A stretch of 64,000 nt of DNA from Octopus bimaculoides (GCF_001194135.2 NC_068984.1:136715802-136779801), one strand, 5' to 3'. Shown: positions 1-14,034, counted from the stretch's first letter. Notes: generated from the sequence alone by a model not told the origin. Numbers and translations are program-made.

Positions 1-189
1 GTGTGTGTGTGTGTGTGTGCACAGAAGTACTATTTTTAATTTCTATTTTCAATTTAGTCATCCTCTCTTGAACGCTAAGTAGCAGTTCTCTGGACATTAC
101 GCTCCAAAGAACTTGAATAAAAAAAAAACATATTAGCAATGCCTCAGCTATTATTAATATTACCATTCTTCATCCCGCAGTTTTGATTG

Positions 190-363
190 CATGTATTGGT
201 TGTTTATTACACCAAGACTACACTCTGTTACTGCTCGCCTCACTGGTAATACTAGTCATCCGGTAGTCCTACTACGGAGATTTCGGTCTCTAAAGACAAG
301 AACTCACCAATTTAGAAACATCATTTTCTCCAGTATTATTCTCCGTATCCTAAATGAATGAAC
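190..363 (+). mobile_element. LINE (L2/Rex1-like) ORF2 3' end fossil
   Basis: TSHPVVLLRRFRSLKTRTHQFRNIIFSSIILRILNE* resembles SHP...RRYRSIKTRT.R..NSFFP.AIRLLN. Confidence 0.5.
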
Positions 364-848
364 AACCAGGAAATGATTGAAACCAATAGTCATTACGTAA
401 AGCTATATCTTTACGGCTTTGTTTGTCTGTTATTTATCTGTAAATGAAAATAAATAAATTATTTGATATTTTCCATACAAATTATTCGATTCGAGGGAAA
501 CAAGATAATATTCTAAGGGAGTGTCTTTTTTGGTTTTTTGGTGGATTTCTTCTGTTTATTTTTCTAGTGCCTGCACTCTCTCTGGCAAAATGTCAACCAA
601 ATCTTGCCACACGTTCTAATTTTGTGTCCGTTTTCTGTATCTGATTTTACGTCTCTATAACAAAATTTCAGGGTTATAGGATTCGAGCCAGACAGTTGCA
701 GATAAGGGGAAATATATTGATAATTTACATTTAAATCATGAGACAGAAAAAAAATGACATTATTCAGTGGAGTGTGTTTGCATCTTTATCATCAAAACCT
801 CGTGGAAATTGCACCAGCATATTCAGACTGGTATTATATTTTCTACAA

Positions 849-1040
849 GTGGAGGCGCAATGGCCCAGTGGTTAAGGCAGCGGACTCGCGATCGTAGGAT
901 CGAGGTTTCGATTCCCAGACAGGGCGTTGTGAGTGTTTATTGAATGAAAACACCTAAAGTTCCACGAGGCTGCAGCAGGGGATAGTGGCGAACCCTGCCG
1001 TACTCTTTCACCACAACTTTCTCTCACTCTTTCTTCCTTT
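849..1040 (+). mobile_element. SINE family A (GGAGGCGCAATGGCCCAGTGG head), 5' part
   Basis: tRNA-like A/B boxes; homologous to the full copies at 19141-19498 and 21895-22251. Confidence 0.85.
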
Positions 1041-1051
1041 CACTCTGATGG

Positions 1052-1255
1052 CAGAGAGTAGGACACAGAGAGAGTAGGACACAGAGAGAGTAGGACAGAG
1101 AGAGAGAGTAGGACACAGAGAGAGTAGGACAGAGAGAGAGTAGGACAGAAAGGGACAGAGTAGGACAAAGAGAGCAGGAGAGAGGGATAGAGTAGGACAG
1201 AGAGAGAGAGAGAGCAGGGCAGAGAGAGAGAAAGCGGGACAGAGAGAGATAGAGA
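1052..1255. repeat. GA-rich minisatellite (GAGAGTAGGACA(CA)GA)n
   Basis: Direct inspection of 16-20-bp units. Confidence 0.85.
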
Positions 1256-1379
1256 GAGCTTACAATTTATTTATTGATTGAACACGATAGACAAAAACAC
1301 TTTCTCTATATTCATCATATAAAGAGGGAGAGAGAGATGAAGGTACAAAGAATGAAAGAACTATTAAAACGAGTGATAC

Positions 1380-1800
1380 ACTAAAAGGTCTGATGTCAAA
1401 TAGGTCAGCGTTGAATCAGCAACGCCAAATAGGCGGTGCCGAAACGTCTCAAAATCAGTTTAAAACCACCATCGAACGCTTTACAAACAATCAGGTTAGG
1501 TATTTTAGAACAACTTAATACCATCTTCTAACTACTCTTAGAGGCTTTCTCTAAACGATCATGAGCGCTACTCTGCATCTTCTGACTAAACCATAAAAAA
1601 AGACAAAAGTTAAATGCATCTCAATAGTCTGACCCAATCGAGAGTTAACTGTCTTGCTCTTGAACTGTCAGGCTATAAACTGAAGCTCAACAAACTTGTC
1701 CAGTTATCATTCTGTAGTTTGTTAACCTCTCTAGGTTTTGTGACAAAGATCTTTATGAACGATTAAAAGCTCTCTTATGAATTTTTCTTTCTTTTATGCC
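1380..1800 (-). mobile_element. Possible LINE reverse-transcriptase fossil
   Basis: PNLIVCKAFDGGFKLILRRFG resembles the RT D..KAFD motif region. Otherwise full of stops. Confidence 0.3.
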
Positions 1801-2044
1801 GCAGTAAATTTTGTCAACATTTTCATTGACTGGTCAATGTTTTATCTTTATATATATATATATGTGTGTGTGTGTGTTTTTTTTTTCCTTTAGAGCAAGA
1901 AAACAGTTTTGTCTGTTTCTCTTACTTTTTTGTTCGTTAATTTGTTTTGTCTAGTTGCTAAGGTACATCAATTTGTTGGAACTTTTACATCTTTATCGTA
2001 TTCGTTTTACTCGTTCGTCTAAGATATGTATATATGTACGTGGG

Positions 2045-2139
<95 letters not shown>

Positions 2140-2313
2140 TCTCAAACATATGTTTGCATATACATGTATATGTATAGATATATACGTATGTATATATGCA
2201 CATGTATATAAGTATGTATATATATGTATATGTGTGTGTTTATGTATATATATATGTACATATACATATATATATACATACATAGATGCATACATATACA
2301 AATATACATATGC

Positions 2314-2347
<34 letters not shown>

Positions 2348-3927
2348 GTATATATACAAGTATGTATATTATATATGAATATATATGTNNNNNNNNNNNN
2401 NNNNNNNNNNNNNNNNNNNNNNNNNNNNNNNNNNNNNNNNNNNNNNNNNNNNNNNNNNNNNNNNNNNNNNNNNNNNNNNNNNNNNNNNNNNNNNNNNNNN
2501 NNNNNNNNNNNNNNNNNNNNNNNNNNNNNNNNNNNNNNNNNNNNNNNNNNNNNNNNNNNNNNNNNNNNNNNNNNNNNNNNNNNNNNNNNNNNNNNNNNNN
2601 NNNNNNNNNNNNNNNNNNNNNNNNNNNNNNNNNNNNNNNNNNNNNNNNNNNNNNNNNNNNNNNNNNNNNNNNNNNNNNNNNNNNNNNNNNNNNNNNNNNN
2701 NNNNNNNNNNNNNNNNNNNNNNNNNNNNNNNNNNNNNNNNNNNNNNNNNNNNNNNNNNNNNNNNNNNNNNNNNNNNNNNNNNNNNNNNNNNNNNNNNNNN
2801 NNNNNNNNNNNNNNNNNNNNNNNNNNNNNNNNNNNNNNNNNNNNNNNNNNNNNNNNATATATTTGTTGATGTTGTTGTTCCAAATCTTATTGATATTGTC
2901 TTTTCAAATTGTTTTCATCTTTATGTTAACAATTTGTTCCTATCTTTATTTCTATATCAGTCGTTTCTTTATTATTATTATCATTACTATTATCATTATA
3001 TTATTATTGTTATTATTATTATTATTATTATTGTCATTCATTCTTTCGCTTTTTATTTTGTTTTTTTTTTTGTTATATTTTGTCTCACCATTTTTATCAA
3101 TGTCTAAAGGTATCCATAGCATGACCTTTTATCTATTTATTACGCTTTTTTTGTTCATTTTATTATCGTATTAACGAACGATATGGCTAGTTCCAGTCAC
3201 TAAAGTCAAATTTCTGGTTATAAACAGATCTCTATAACTGAGTTTGTTTCACCATGTTTTGAAGAATTCTCTTTGTTTGGTAACCATGTTGTGAAGAATT
3301 AACTTTGTTGAATAATCTGAGAACAGATAACAACGCCACTCTTCAAAGCATTCCAATATTATTCTCAATCGAAAAGTTTTATTTCGGAGTTATAAGTTAT
3401 GACGCTAAATTTCTGTTGCTGTGGTCATTTCGCTCTAACGATGGCTTGACCAGAAAGCAACGGGATCTGTCAGCATTGCATTTAAGAATTCGAATTTTTG
3501 CTTAAAATTACTTGCCCAAAGTGCGGCGCGATAGGATTGAATCCAGAACCACGAGATTGCAAAACGAGCTCTTTAACCACACAACCATGCCTGCGTCAGT
3601 TGTAAGTTTCAATAAATGTATACAGAACGGTCCCAACACGTTATAGCTCTAGTCTTTGGAATGCCAGCAAGAACGATAGACCATAATACATGTGTGAGTA
3701 GAGAGGGGTGTAAGATTCACAGAAGTTTAATTCCTAAGTTTAGCATACAAGAGAGAATAACATGAAAGCTATCGTCAGATCTCAAACACAATACTAGGAA
3801 CCTATACAGTAACAACTTACTCATCAAAAGTCCTCACTTGTAAGGGACTTCTTCAAAAATATTGGCCCTCTCCTAAATGAACATAGACCATGAGACAGAA
3901 CACGTCTCACTTTTATTCATCCACGGC

Positions 3928-4036
<109 letters not shown>

Positions 4037-4051
4037 GAGTGNNNNNNNNNN

Positions 4052-4755
4052 CCATCATGACTACCCGTCTGATAAGGGTACACCAGGCACATGCATCACA
4101 ACCATATGTGCGCGACATGGTGATCTCATATCAAGATAAACAGCGCATGACCTCGCAGATGGAGCCCAGTTAGAATTTTCTTCAGGTCGAGTAGCCCATC
4201 CCGCTCAAAAGGTCCCTGAATAAAGTTTGTTTGAGGATGTCGAGCAAAACACCCATGTTTCCAAAAGTGAATTATTCAAACTCCAAAGAATTCCTCTCAA
4301 CACATGGCTATGATGCTCCCTCACTACTTCTGCTCATGATCAGAGATGCACATATCGTCAGCCACAAAGGGACATGATCAACTGGTTACGGTCAAACAAC
4401 TGGCAAGCAAATCTGTGGTATTAAGCAGAATACTTGCTATAGCCCATCTTATTATTATTATTATTAAAGGAGAAAGGGCTCTATACCCCTTTCTTATTTT
4501 TTCTGACCAGGCTCCCGTGGTTTTATGGGTTTTTCCACGTGTAACCTTTCCTTTTTCGAAGCGCCTCCACCTTTGGGAGTTCTATTTATTTATTTATCTA
4601 TTTATTTATTTATTTATTATATCTTTCTCCGTTTTCTTCCTCTGTTTAGACAAACTTTCCTACCTTGTCGGACAAAACCTTTTGTAACCTTCGTCCTGTC
4701 TTTGTCCTTAAATGTTTTAATTGATATTAGCCCTTGTGGCCAATAAAACGAATTA
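4052..4755. repeat. Interspersed repeat block flanked by (ATT)n; the right part (4470-4755) looks like a LINE 3' UTR
   Basis: 4700-4755 ends TAGCCCTTGTGGCCAATAAAACG then (ATT)n, similar to the SINE family C tail. The identity of 4052-4450 rests on recalled cephalopod repeats only. Confidence 0.45.
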
Positions 4756-5709
4756 ATTATTATTGTTATTATTATTATTATTATTATTATATGATCGATA
4801 TGACTCTGTTAGTGTCGTTTACTGAAAGTGTCTAACTGTCTCGTTTGTCATTACACAACGTTTCAATATTCGATATTACCTCACTGCCGCCTGCTACCGC
4901 TACTGATAGACATAAGCTTTAGAATTTTTTGACAGATTACTTTGAATTCTGATCCGGTCCTTTTGCATGTTTACCAAACGCGGTTCTTGGTTTGGGTGTT
5001 TACATACGTACACGCGCGCGCATGCTTCACATTCGCACGCACCACCTAATACACACACACACACTCACATGCACACACATACACACACATACACAGACAC
5101 ATACGCACGCACACGCGTGTACACGTCCGCACACGCACATACCCACGTTCAGTACGTACGCGCACACATACACACGTTCACACACAGATATTAATATATA
5201 TATATATATATATATATACATTCATCTGCGAAGTGAATGTATTAAATAACAAAACACTAAAAATGAATGACTCTTTCCAGACACAATAATATATTTGTGT
5301 GGGTGGGGTGCGTGCGTATATATNNNNNNNNNNNNNNNNNNNNNNNNNNNNNNNNGTATATATATATGCACATGCATATGTATATATGTATATGTATGTG
5401 TATGTATGTGTACATACATACACACAAATGTATTTAAGGCTGTATACAGGTATATATGTAAGAATGTATATCTGACTTTCTATTTATCTCGTTCTTTTTC
5501 TCTGTAATTATACGTATATATATATGCACATGCATATGTATATATGTATATGTGTGTGTTTGTATACACACACACACAAACAGCACAGCGCACACATAAA
5601 GTATCTAATTTGTATGTATGTCTATTTTAATAAGTCGATATTCTTACGAGAAGGATATTCCGAAAGAAAATTAAACAGGGCAAAATGGAGATTAAAAAAA
5701 ACTGCTAAC

Positions 5710-5757
<48 letters not shown>

Positions 5758-6663
5758 ACATATATATATATATATATATAATGACATATNNNNNNNNNNN
5801 NNNNNNNNNNNNNNNNNNNNNNNNNNNNNNNNNNNNNNNNNNNNNNNNNNNNNNNNNNNNNNNNNNNNNNNNNNNNNNNNNNNNNNNNNNNNNNNNNNNN
5901 NNNNNNNNNNNNNNNNNNNNNNNNNNNNNNNNNNNNNNNNNNNNNNNNNNNNNNNNNNNNNNNNNNNNNNNNNNNNNNNNNNNNNNNNNNNNNNNNNNNN
6001 NNNNNNNNNNNNNNNNNNNNNNNNNNNNNNNNNNNNNNNNNNNNNNNNNNNNNNNNNNNNNNNNNNNNNNNNNNNNNNNNNNNNNNNNNNNNNNNNNNNN
6101 NNNNNNNNNNNNNNNNNNNNNNNNNNNNNNNNNNNNNNNNNNNNNNNNNNNNNNNNNNNNNNNNNNNNNNNNNNNNNNNNNNNNNNNNNNNNNNNNNNNN
6201 NNNNNNNNNNNNNNNNNNNNNNNNNNNNNNNNNNNNNNNNNNNNNNNNNNNNNNNNNNNNNNNNNNNNNNNNNNNNNNNNNNNNNNNNNNNNNNNNNNNN
6301 NNNNNNNNNNNNNNNNNNNNNNNNNNNNNNNNNNNNNNNNNNNNNNNNNNNNNNNNNNNNNNNNNNNNNNNNNNNNNNNNNNNNNNNNNNNNNNNNNNNN
6401 NNNNNNNNNNNNNNNNNNNNNNNNNNNNNNNNNNNNNNNNNNNNNNNNNNNNNNNNNNNNNNNNNNNNNNNNNNNNNNNNNNNNNNNNNNNNNNNNNNNN
6501 NNATATATATATATATACATATACATGTATCTATGCATGTATGCATGCATACCATCTTTATAAAAACTTCTGATTTTTTTCCTCATTATTCTAAGATTTT
6601 GCAGTTGATCCAACAGTCGATCATTCTTTTTCGTGTTTCCCTTAAGATTTCATGCTATCATTC

Positions 6664-6741
6664 TGCTTCTTCTTCTTCTTCTTCTTCTTCTTCTTCTTCT
6701 TCTTCTTCTTCTTCTTCTTCTTCTTCTTCTTCTTCTTCTTC

Positions 6742-6773
<32 letters not shown>

Positions 6774-6940
6774 CATCATCCTCATCATCATCATCGTCAT
6801 CATCGTCATCATCATTTTTATTGCTGTCCTTGTTCTTGTAACTTTCGTTGTTGTTATTGTTCTTGCCGTTGTGATTGTTTTTGTTGTTGTTGTTGTTGTA
6901 GTTGGTGGTGGTGTTGTTGTTTATGTTGTTGTTGTTGTTG
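6664..6940. repeat. Compound trinucleotide microsatellite (CTT)n-(CAT)n-(GTT)n
   Basis: Direct inspection; the source of the poly-E/D/N ORFs. Confidence 0.95.
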
Positions 6941-7340
6941 TTCGATTTGACTTTTCTGAATACAAATGACGTGTGACACAGCGGCCAAAGGAACTTTTGC
7001 ACAATGCGTCTTGACATTTCAAAGTTGCTTCTCTTGATATACAAGACTTACAAGAACAACAAAAACATCGATAAACTAAAAAACAAAAAAAAATCATATT
7101 AATGCCGATGATGGTGAGTGGGCGTTTGGCGGTGGCTGGTGGGGGCTTATGGTAGTGTTTGCGTGGCGGCATATTGTGGAAAAGCTGATCACAACGATGA
7201 TGGTGGTAGTTGCTTTTTTTTATTTCTTGTGATAATTACGGTGATGTTGGTGGTGGCAGCTGTAGTATACAGGTGTGTATGCGTGTGTTTATGTGTGTGC
7301 GTGCGTATGTGTGCCAGGTATGTGTGTTATTTTGTGTGTG

Positions 7341-7350
7341 AGATCGGAAG
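7341..7350 (+). other. Illumina adapter residue at a contig end
   Basis: AGATCGGAAG immediately before an N gap. Confidence 0.8.
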
Positions 7351-8224
7351 NNNNNNNNNNNNNNNNNNNNNNNNNNNNNNNNNNNNNNNNNNNNNNNNNN
7401 NNNNNNNNNNNNNNNNNNNNNNNNNNNNNNNNNNNNNNNNNNNNNNNNNNNNNNNNNNNNNNNNNNNNNNNNNNNNNNNNNNNNNNNNNNNNNNNNNNNN
7501 NNNNNNNNNNNNNNNNNNNNNNNNNNNNNNNNNNNNNNNNNNNNNNNNNNNNNNNNNNNNNNNNNNNNNNNNNNNNNNNNNNNNNNNNNNNNNNNNNNNN
7601 NNNNNNNNNNNNNNNNNNNNNNNNNNNNNNNNNNNNNNNNNNNNNNNNNNNNNNNNNNNNNNNNNNNNNNNNNNNNNNNNNNNNNNNNNNNNNNNNNNNN
7701 NNNNNNNNNNNNNNNNNNNNNNNNNNNNNNNNNNNNNNNNNNNNNNNNNNNNNNNNNNNNNNNNNNNNNNNNNNNNNNNNNNNNNNNNNNNNNNNNNNNN
7801 NNNNNNNNNNNNNNNNNNNNNNNNNNNNNNNNNNNNNNNNNNNNNNNNNNNNNNNNNNNNNNNNNNNNNNNNNNNNNNNNNNNNNNNNNNNNNNNNNNNN
7901 NNNNNNNNNNNNNNNNNNNNNNNNNNNNNNNNNNNNNNNNNNNNNNNNNNNNNNNNNNNNNNNNNNNNNNNNNNNNNNNNNNNNNNNNNNNNNNNNNNNN
8001 NNNNGGCGGTGGTGGTGGTGGTGGTGGTGGTGGTGGTGGTGGTGGTAATGGCGATTTCTTTATCTCGTACAATACAGGAGAAATAACGAAACAAGAATTT
8101 TGTTTGCAAACTCAGCTACATTCTCAGGTGATATTTGTTGTGGGTAGTACACGGTTTTTTGTTTTCTTTCCTTTTTCTTTCCAGAATGAAATACAGACCA
8201 TCAGTTCTTTTCAAATTCGATAAG

Positions 8225-9545
8225 ATTGCATTAATTATACCACCAAAGATAACCTGCCTCAACACAGCACCATTTTTGCCATACAAAGATAACCAAGTAA
8301 AAGGTAACATGTCTCAGCGTTGCACCGTTTCTGTCACCAAGCAAAGATAACATGTCTCAACGTTGCAATACTTTTGCTACTAAGTAAAGATAACATGTCT
8401 CAATGTTGCACCACTTTTATCACCAAGCAAAGATAACATGTCTCAACGTTGCACCACTTTTGTCACTAAGCAAAGATAGCTTGCCTCAACCGAGCACCAG
8501 TTTTGCCATACAAAGATAACCTGCCTCAACGTTGCACCACTTTTGCNNNNNNNNNNNNNNNNNNNNNNNNNNNNNNNNNNNNNNNNNNNNNNNNNNNNNN
8601 NNNNNNNNNNNNNNNNNNNNNNNNNNNNNNNNNNNNNNNNNNNNNNNNNNNNNNNNNNNNNNNNNNNNNNNNNNNNNNNNNNNNNNNNNNNNNNNNNNNN
8701 NNNNNNNNNNNNNNNNNNNNNNNNNNNNNNNNNNNNNNNNNNNNNNNNNNNNNNNNNNNNNNNNNNNNNNNNNNNNNNNNNNNNNNNNNNNNNNNNNNNN
8801 NNNNNNNNNNNNNNNNNNNNNNNNNNNNNNNNNNNNNNNNNNNNNNNNNNNNNNNNNNNNNNNNNNNNNNNNNNNNNNNNNNNNNNNNNNNNNNNNNNNN
8901 NNNNNNNNNNNNNNNNNNNNNNNNNNNNNNNNNNNNNNNNNNNNNNNNNNNNNNNNNNNNNNNNNNNNNNNNNNNNNNNNNNNNNNNNNNNNNNNNNNNN
9001 NNNNNNNNNNNNNNNNNNNNNNNNNNNNNNNNNNNNNNNNNNNNNNNNNNNNNNNNNNNNNNNNNNNNNNNNNNNNNNNNNNNNNNNNNNNNNNNNNNNN
9101 NNNNNNNNNNNNNNNNNNNNNNNNNNNNNNNNNNNNNNNNNNNNNNNNNNNNNNNNNNNNNNNNNNNNNNNNNNNNNNNNNNNNNNNNNNNNNNNNNNNN
9201 NNNNNNNNNNNNNNNNNNNNNNNNNNNNNNNNNNNNNNNNNNNNNNNNNNNNNNNNNNNNNNNNNNNNNNNNNNNNNNNNNNNNNNNNNNNNNNNNNNNN
9301 NNNNNNNNNNNNNNNNNNNNNNNNNNNNNNNNNNNNNNNNNNNNNNNNNNNNNNNNNNNNNNNNNNNNNNNNNNNNNNGATAGCTTGCCTCAACCGAGCA
9401 CCAGTTTTGCCATACAAAGATAACCTGTCTCAACGTTGCACCAGTTTTGTCACTAAGCAAAGATAGCTTGCCTCAACCGAGCACCAGTTTTGCCATACAA
9501 AGATAACCTGCCTCAACGTTGCACCACTTTTGCCACCAAAGATAA
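8225..9545. repeat. Minisatellite of 43- and 40-bp units with an 83-bp higher-order repeat, spanning a gap
   Basis: AAGATA anchors spaced 43,43,43,40 bp before the gap and alternating 40/43 after it. Confidence 0.9.
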
Positions 9546-9620
9546 TAACTTCGCAATAGAACCAGATCTAACAGTCAACACTTTTGCCATCTGCGGCAGA
9601 CACCAATTTGGGATAAAACC

Positions 9621-9790
9621 CAGAGCTATCTTTAGAGCATTACAGGCTCCCAGTGCAAACCAGTGCCATGGGGGCCCTAGATATATTTATCGACATTAAA
9701 CACTACAATATACACTTATCATTTGACCCTTTGCACGTGGGGGCCCAGGACAACTGCTCACAGTTCGTCTGCACGTTAAGACGGTGCCGA
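9621..9790. mobile_element. Possible hAT-type MITE
   Basis: Ends CAGAGCTATCTTTAG... and ...TTAAGACGGTGCCG with subterminal GGGGGCCC boxes resemble hAT/Tip100-type MITEs. No clear TSD. Confidence 0.4.
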
Positions 9791-10594
9791 TACGACCACG
9801 CGAGATATACAACCATGCAGTTTAGAATCTAAATTTTACTTTAATTACGCTTTACCGCCTTAAATAAATACGAGTAGATTGGACGTTATACAAAGATATA
9901 TAAAAAGACGAGGTGCCCAATACGTGAATTATCTAGCAGAGCTGTTGGAGTGTCGGATAAAATGCTTTGTGATATTCCATCCGGTTTTTTATGCTTTGAG
10001 TTCAAAGCTCAACAATATCAACTTTTCTTATCGCATTTTCAGTATCAATAAGTAAAAAGATAGTTACTTCTCTCTTTTTCTCTCTCTTTCTTTCTAGAAT
10101 AAATTGACTGTGACCAGATTTGATGAAGGATGGAGCTCCACCGTTTTAAAAAGATGCTTAAGACACTCCATACAACGCGTCAATGCTCCAACGCTTTCTT
10201 TTGGAGTTGAGGATTCAGTAAGGAGGAAGAGGAAATCTGTTAAATGCTAGAGCACCTTTGATCATCGCTCTAACGACGACTACAGACCGACGATTAGCAG
10301 GTACCATGTTGTTCATACAGTTTGTATCGAAATAGTTCCAGTTATTGTCGTTAATCCCTAATCGTGTCTTCATTGAACAGACCTAGCAAAGAATATTCAG
10401 ATTTTCTTTTTTCTGTGTGTAAGTATATACGTATACATACATACATGCATGCATAAACATACACATATATACACACATACATGCATACGTACCTATATAC
10501 GCACATATATACATACATACACACATATATACATACATTCGCACATATATACATACGCATACATACATACATACATACATAATACATACATACA

Positions 10595-11760
10595 TACGAG
10601 TGTTGTACCAAAAGTAGTGTTAAAGTGGGAACAACTTTTTTTATTGAATGGCACAAATCCTTCAAATTGCTCGGATTGGTAGATCAACTTTGCCAGCGCA
10701 AGAAATGTATTTGCGTCTTTGTCGAACGCGATTCTTGAATCAACTTTGAAAACTTCAGATGTGTAGCGATATATACACTTCTTCACGGTCGCTTTCAACT
10801 TGTCTTCATCAAATCGCTGTCCTTGAAGACTGTCTTTCGTTGGCGTAAGTCAGAGAGCACCAAATTCTGATCCAAGCTGTACGGAAGATGGTAGAAAATG
10901 GGAAACGATGGGAGACTACTGACCAGACTAATTTTCTAGTTGCCTGGTTTGTTGCCAAAGATGTGTGTTCACTCATCGTCACGATGTGATTCGTTTACAC
11001 ACTCTTGTTTCGTTTCTTCCTCCTTACGGGTTTTTCTAATCTTTTTTTAGTATCTCAATGTACCCACTGCTCACAGCACAGGCATGATTCAGAAAATGAA
11101 GGAGAACAACGCCCTATTCATCCCCAAAGTGCAGTCACCATGATTTCCTGTACTAATATTTACATGTGTACGTATATATCTACGTATATAAACGTGTATG
11201 TGCACGCGCGCGCGTAATAACAGTTTGACTCAGAGTCACAAATTTGTCGACCATTTCATTACATGCTAGGAATAGAGTGAGGGATTTTAGAGATATTTAT
11301 CGATTTTTCTTTTCTTTTCTTCTTTTATTGTTATTCCTGTAAGTCTTATATACCAAGAGAAGCAAATTTGAAATGCCAAGACGCGTTGCAAAGTTTCTTT
11401 GGCCGCTGTGTCACACGTCATTTGTATTCAGAAAAGTCATACAATCCATCGAATTTATACCATATCACGTCGTATAAATTCTTTAGAAGCGACACCAGAT
11501 AATGTCGTCTGCTTGTTCTGTCAAGATGTTAGCAATGTGCTCACGCCAAAGTGGCACCAACCTGCAGCATATCGCATTCGATATTAGTTCCTTGCATCGG
11601 GCACTGAACATGAGATGTTGAGGGTGAGATGTTGCCACGTGTAAGTTGAGCAGTCGTCGTTGAGGAGAGTTTAAACATAGCAGCAACAGTCTTTACATGA
11701 GAGCAGCTAGATTTGATGGAGTTGGTTGCAATTGAGAACAAATGACCAAGATGAACAGCA
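10595..11760 (-). mobile_element. Mariner transposase fossil
   Basis: HLPYSLDQNLVLSDL (cf. HPPYSPDLAPSDF), KDSLQGQRFDEDKLKATVKK, ICCRLVP (cf. VCARWVP). TIR-like TACGAGTGTTGTACCAAAAGT at the left end; (TACA)n expansion alongside. Confidence 0.7.
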
Positions 11761-11789
11761 AGGCTTAAATAGTCTTCGCTTGTGTATCA

Positions 11790-12660
11790 GACAACTAGGC
11801 ATAAGGCGGTACCTATGGGTTGTCACCTGCTAGTAGCTACACTAAGATAGTTTATTCTTTCTGTTGGTGGGATACAACAGGTTGGTGGAGTATGTGCTGT
11901 CTCCAGTGAACCAGATTGGCTATTATGAGCACCAGATAAATAAGGAGGGGCCCTGTCAATGATTCTCAATTTGATGTTGGGGGTGTTATTTCGATGGTCA
12001 TGAGGTCTCTAGGTAAAGTATGGCAGGAAGATGGAGTTTCCCTGTCTCTACACCTGAAAGAGTACATATGCTGTGTATACCCTCTCTTAAAAACGTTGGC
12101 TGTCATACCTATGTAATGTCTTGCGGTTTCCTCTAATGGAACCAGAAGAGGGTGGCTGTATAGACTATAGCGTTTAAGAAGCAGGATCCTCTCTGTTAGT
12201 AGGGTTTCAGCAGTTACAGGTCGGATGTGGGTTGGATGTTGTGTAGGTGTGTGTTTGCATATATTGTAGAGTGCGATGCTTAAAGTGATGTTGTCTAGGC
12301 AGAAATAACTAACTTTGTCACTGTGGAGATTGAAAACTTAATAAAACATTTTCCACCTCTCAATGTCAAGGTCAGTTACGAGCGAGTATGGGATAATAAC
12401 GTCAATCATGTTTTCGCTAATGCAGGTGTTAATGTAGTTGTGAGGAAACATGGATGGATATTCTCTTGGGCGTCTCACCCTTAACCCAGTAGAAAATCCA
12501 GGATGTAACAGATGGGATGGTGAGACGGAGCGAAAAAGGGCTGCACCAGCAATCAGCTTTGTACTCATTTGCTGTGGAGTCGAATAGATAAACATAAAAC
12601 GAGCAGTACCTTGCTCAATGAGATAGTGCACTGCTCGTTCAAGGTATTTCACTCACAACG
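11790..12660 (-). mobile_element. Penelope-like retroelement fossil (linker + GIY-YIG endonuclease)
   Basis: Frameshifted minus-strand peptides TCNC*NPTN..RGSCFLNAIVYTAT, HYIGMTANVFKRGYTQHMYSFR and IKLRIIDRAPPYLSGAH resemble the PLE CNC...IVY..YIG.T...FK.R...H endonuclease signature. Confidence 0.75.
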
Positions 12661-13624
12661 TTAGGATTACATGTCGAAAACCTTAAACACACAACCAAGC
12701 AACTTCCCGAGCATGTATATATGCATCATATATACATACTTACTTAGATCTATACATAAATTCATACTTATATGCGCACATATATACATGTGTACTTACA
12801 AACATACATACATACATACATACATGCATGCATACATACTTACATATATACGTACATGCATATGCATATGTATAGGCATGCGTGTGAGTGTGTATGTATG
12901 TATATGTATATGTATACATTTATATAAGTGCGTATACATCACACACTCCTGCAAACATAATAACATACATATAGACGTTCGTGAATGTGTGTATAAGCAC
13001 ATATACATATGTGTGTGCCGTGCCGTGTCTGGCTTGACTATGGACTTTTGTATTGCTATATATATATATATACTCACACACATACATATACNNNNNNNNN
13101 NNNNNNNNNNNNNNNNNNNNNNNNNNNNNNNNNNNNNNNNNNNNNNNNNNNNNNNNNNNNNNNNNNNNNNNNNNNNNNNNNNNNNNNNNNNNNNNNNNNN
13201 NNNNNNNNNNNNNNNNNNNNNNNNNNNNNNNNNNNNNNNNNNNNNNNNNNNNNNNNNNNNNNNNNNNNNNNNNNNNNNNNNNNNNNNNNNNNNNNNNNNN
13301 NNNNNNNNNNNNNNNNNNNNNNNNNNNNNNNNNNNNNNNNNNNNNNNNNNNNNNNNNNNNNNNNNNNNNNNNNNNNNNNNNNNNNNNNNNNNNNNNNNNN
13401 NNNNNNNNNNNNNNNNNNNNNNNNNNNNNNNNNNNNNNNNNNNNNNNNNNNNNNNNNNNNNNNNNNNNNNNNNNNNNNNNNNNNNNNNNNNNNNNNNNNN
13501 NNNNNNNNNNNNNNNNNNNNNNNNNNNNNNNNNNNNNNNNNNNNNNNNNNNNNNNNNNNNNNNNNNNNNNNNNNNNNNNNNNNNNNNNNNNNNNNNNNNN
13601 NNNNNNNNNNNNNNNNNNNNNNNN

Positions 13625-13680
<56 letters not shown>

Positions 13681-13922
13681 CATATATATATACATACATA
13701 CATACATACACACACACATATATATACATTCATATACATACATATACACACACGTACATACATGCATGCATTCAAATACACACGCACACATATACACATA
13801 CATATATGGCTTTCTAGAAGATGTATTTTGTATGTGTTCGTGTATGTGCATGGGAGTGCATGTTTGCGTATGTATGTAGTGTGTGCGCGTGTGTAAGTGT
13901 GTATGTGTGTGTGTGTGTGCGG

Positions 13923-13967
<45 letters not shown>

Positions 13968-13990
13968 AGTGTAATACACANNNNNNNNNN

Positions 13991-14034
<44 letters not shown>

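Noticed and set aside
849-940. tRNA genes at SINE heads
   Set aside because: A/B boxes are present, but they run into family-specific bodies without an acceptor stem; these are SINE heads.
3825-3876. Minus-strand exon-like segment with a strong GTAAGT donor
   Set aside because: Stop codons in all three frames; no supporting neighbours.
6658-7172. Acidic/Asn-rich and Cys-rich ORFs
   Set aside because: They are translations of the compound microsatellite and its flank.
8225-9545. CRISPR-like array
   Set aside because: Units are contiguous variants without unique spacers, in eukaryotic context with no cas genes.
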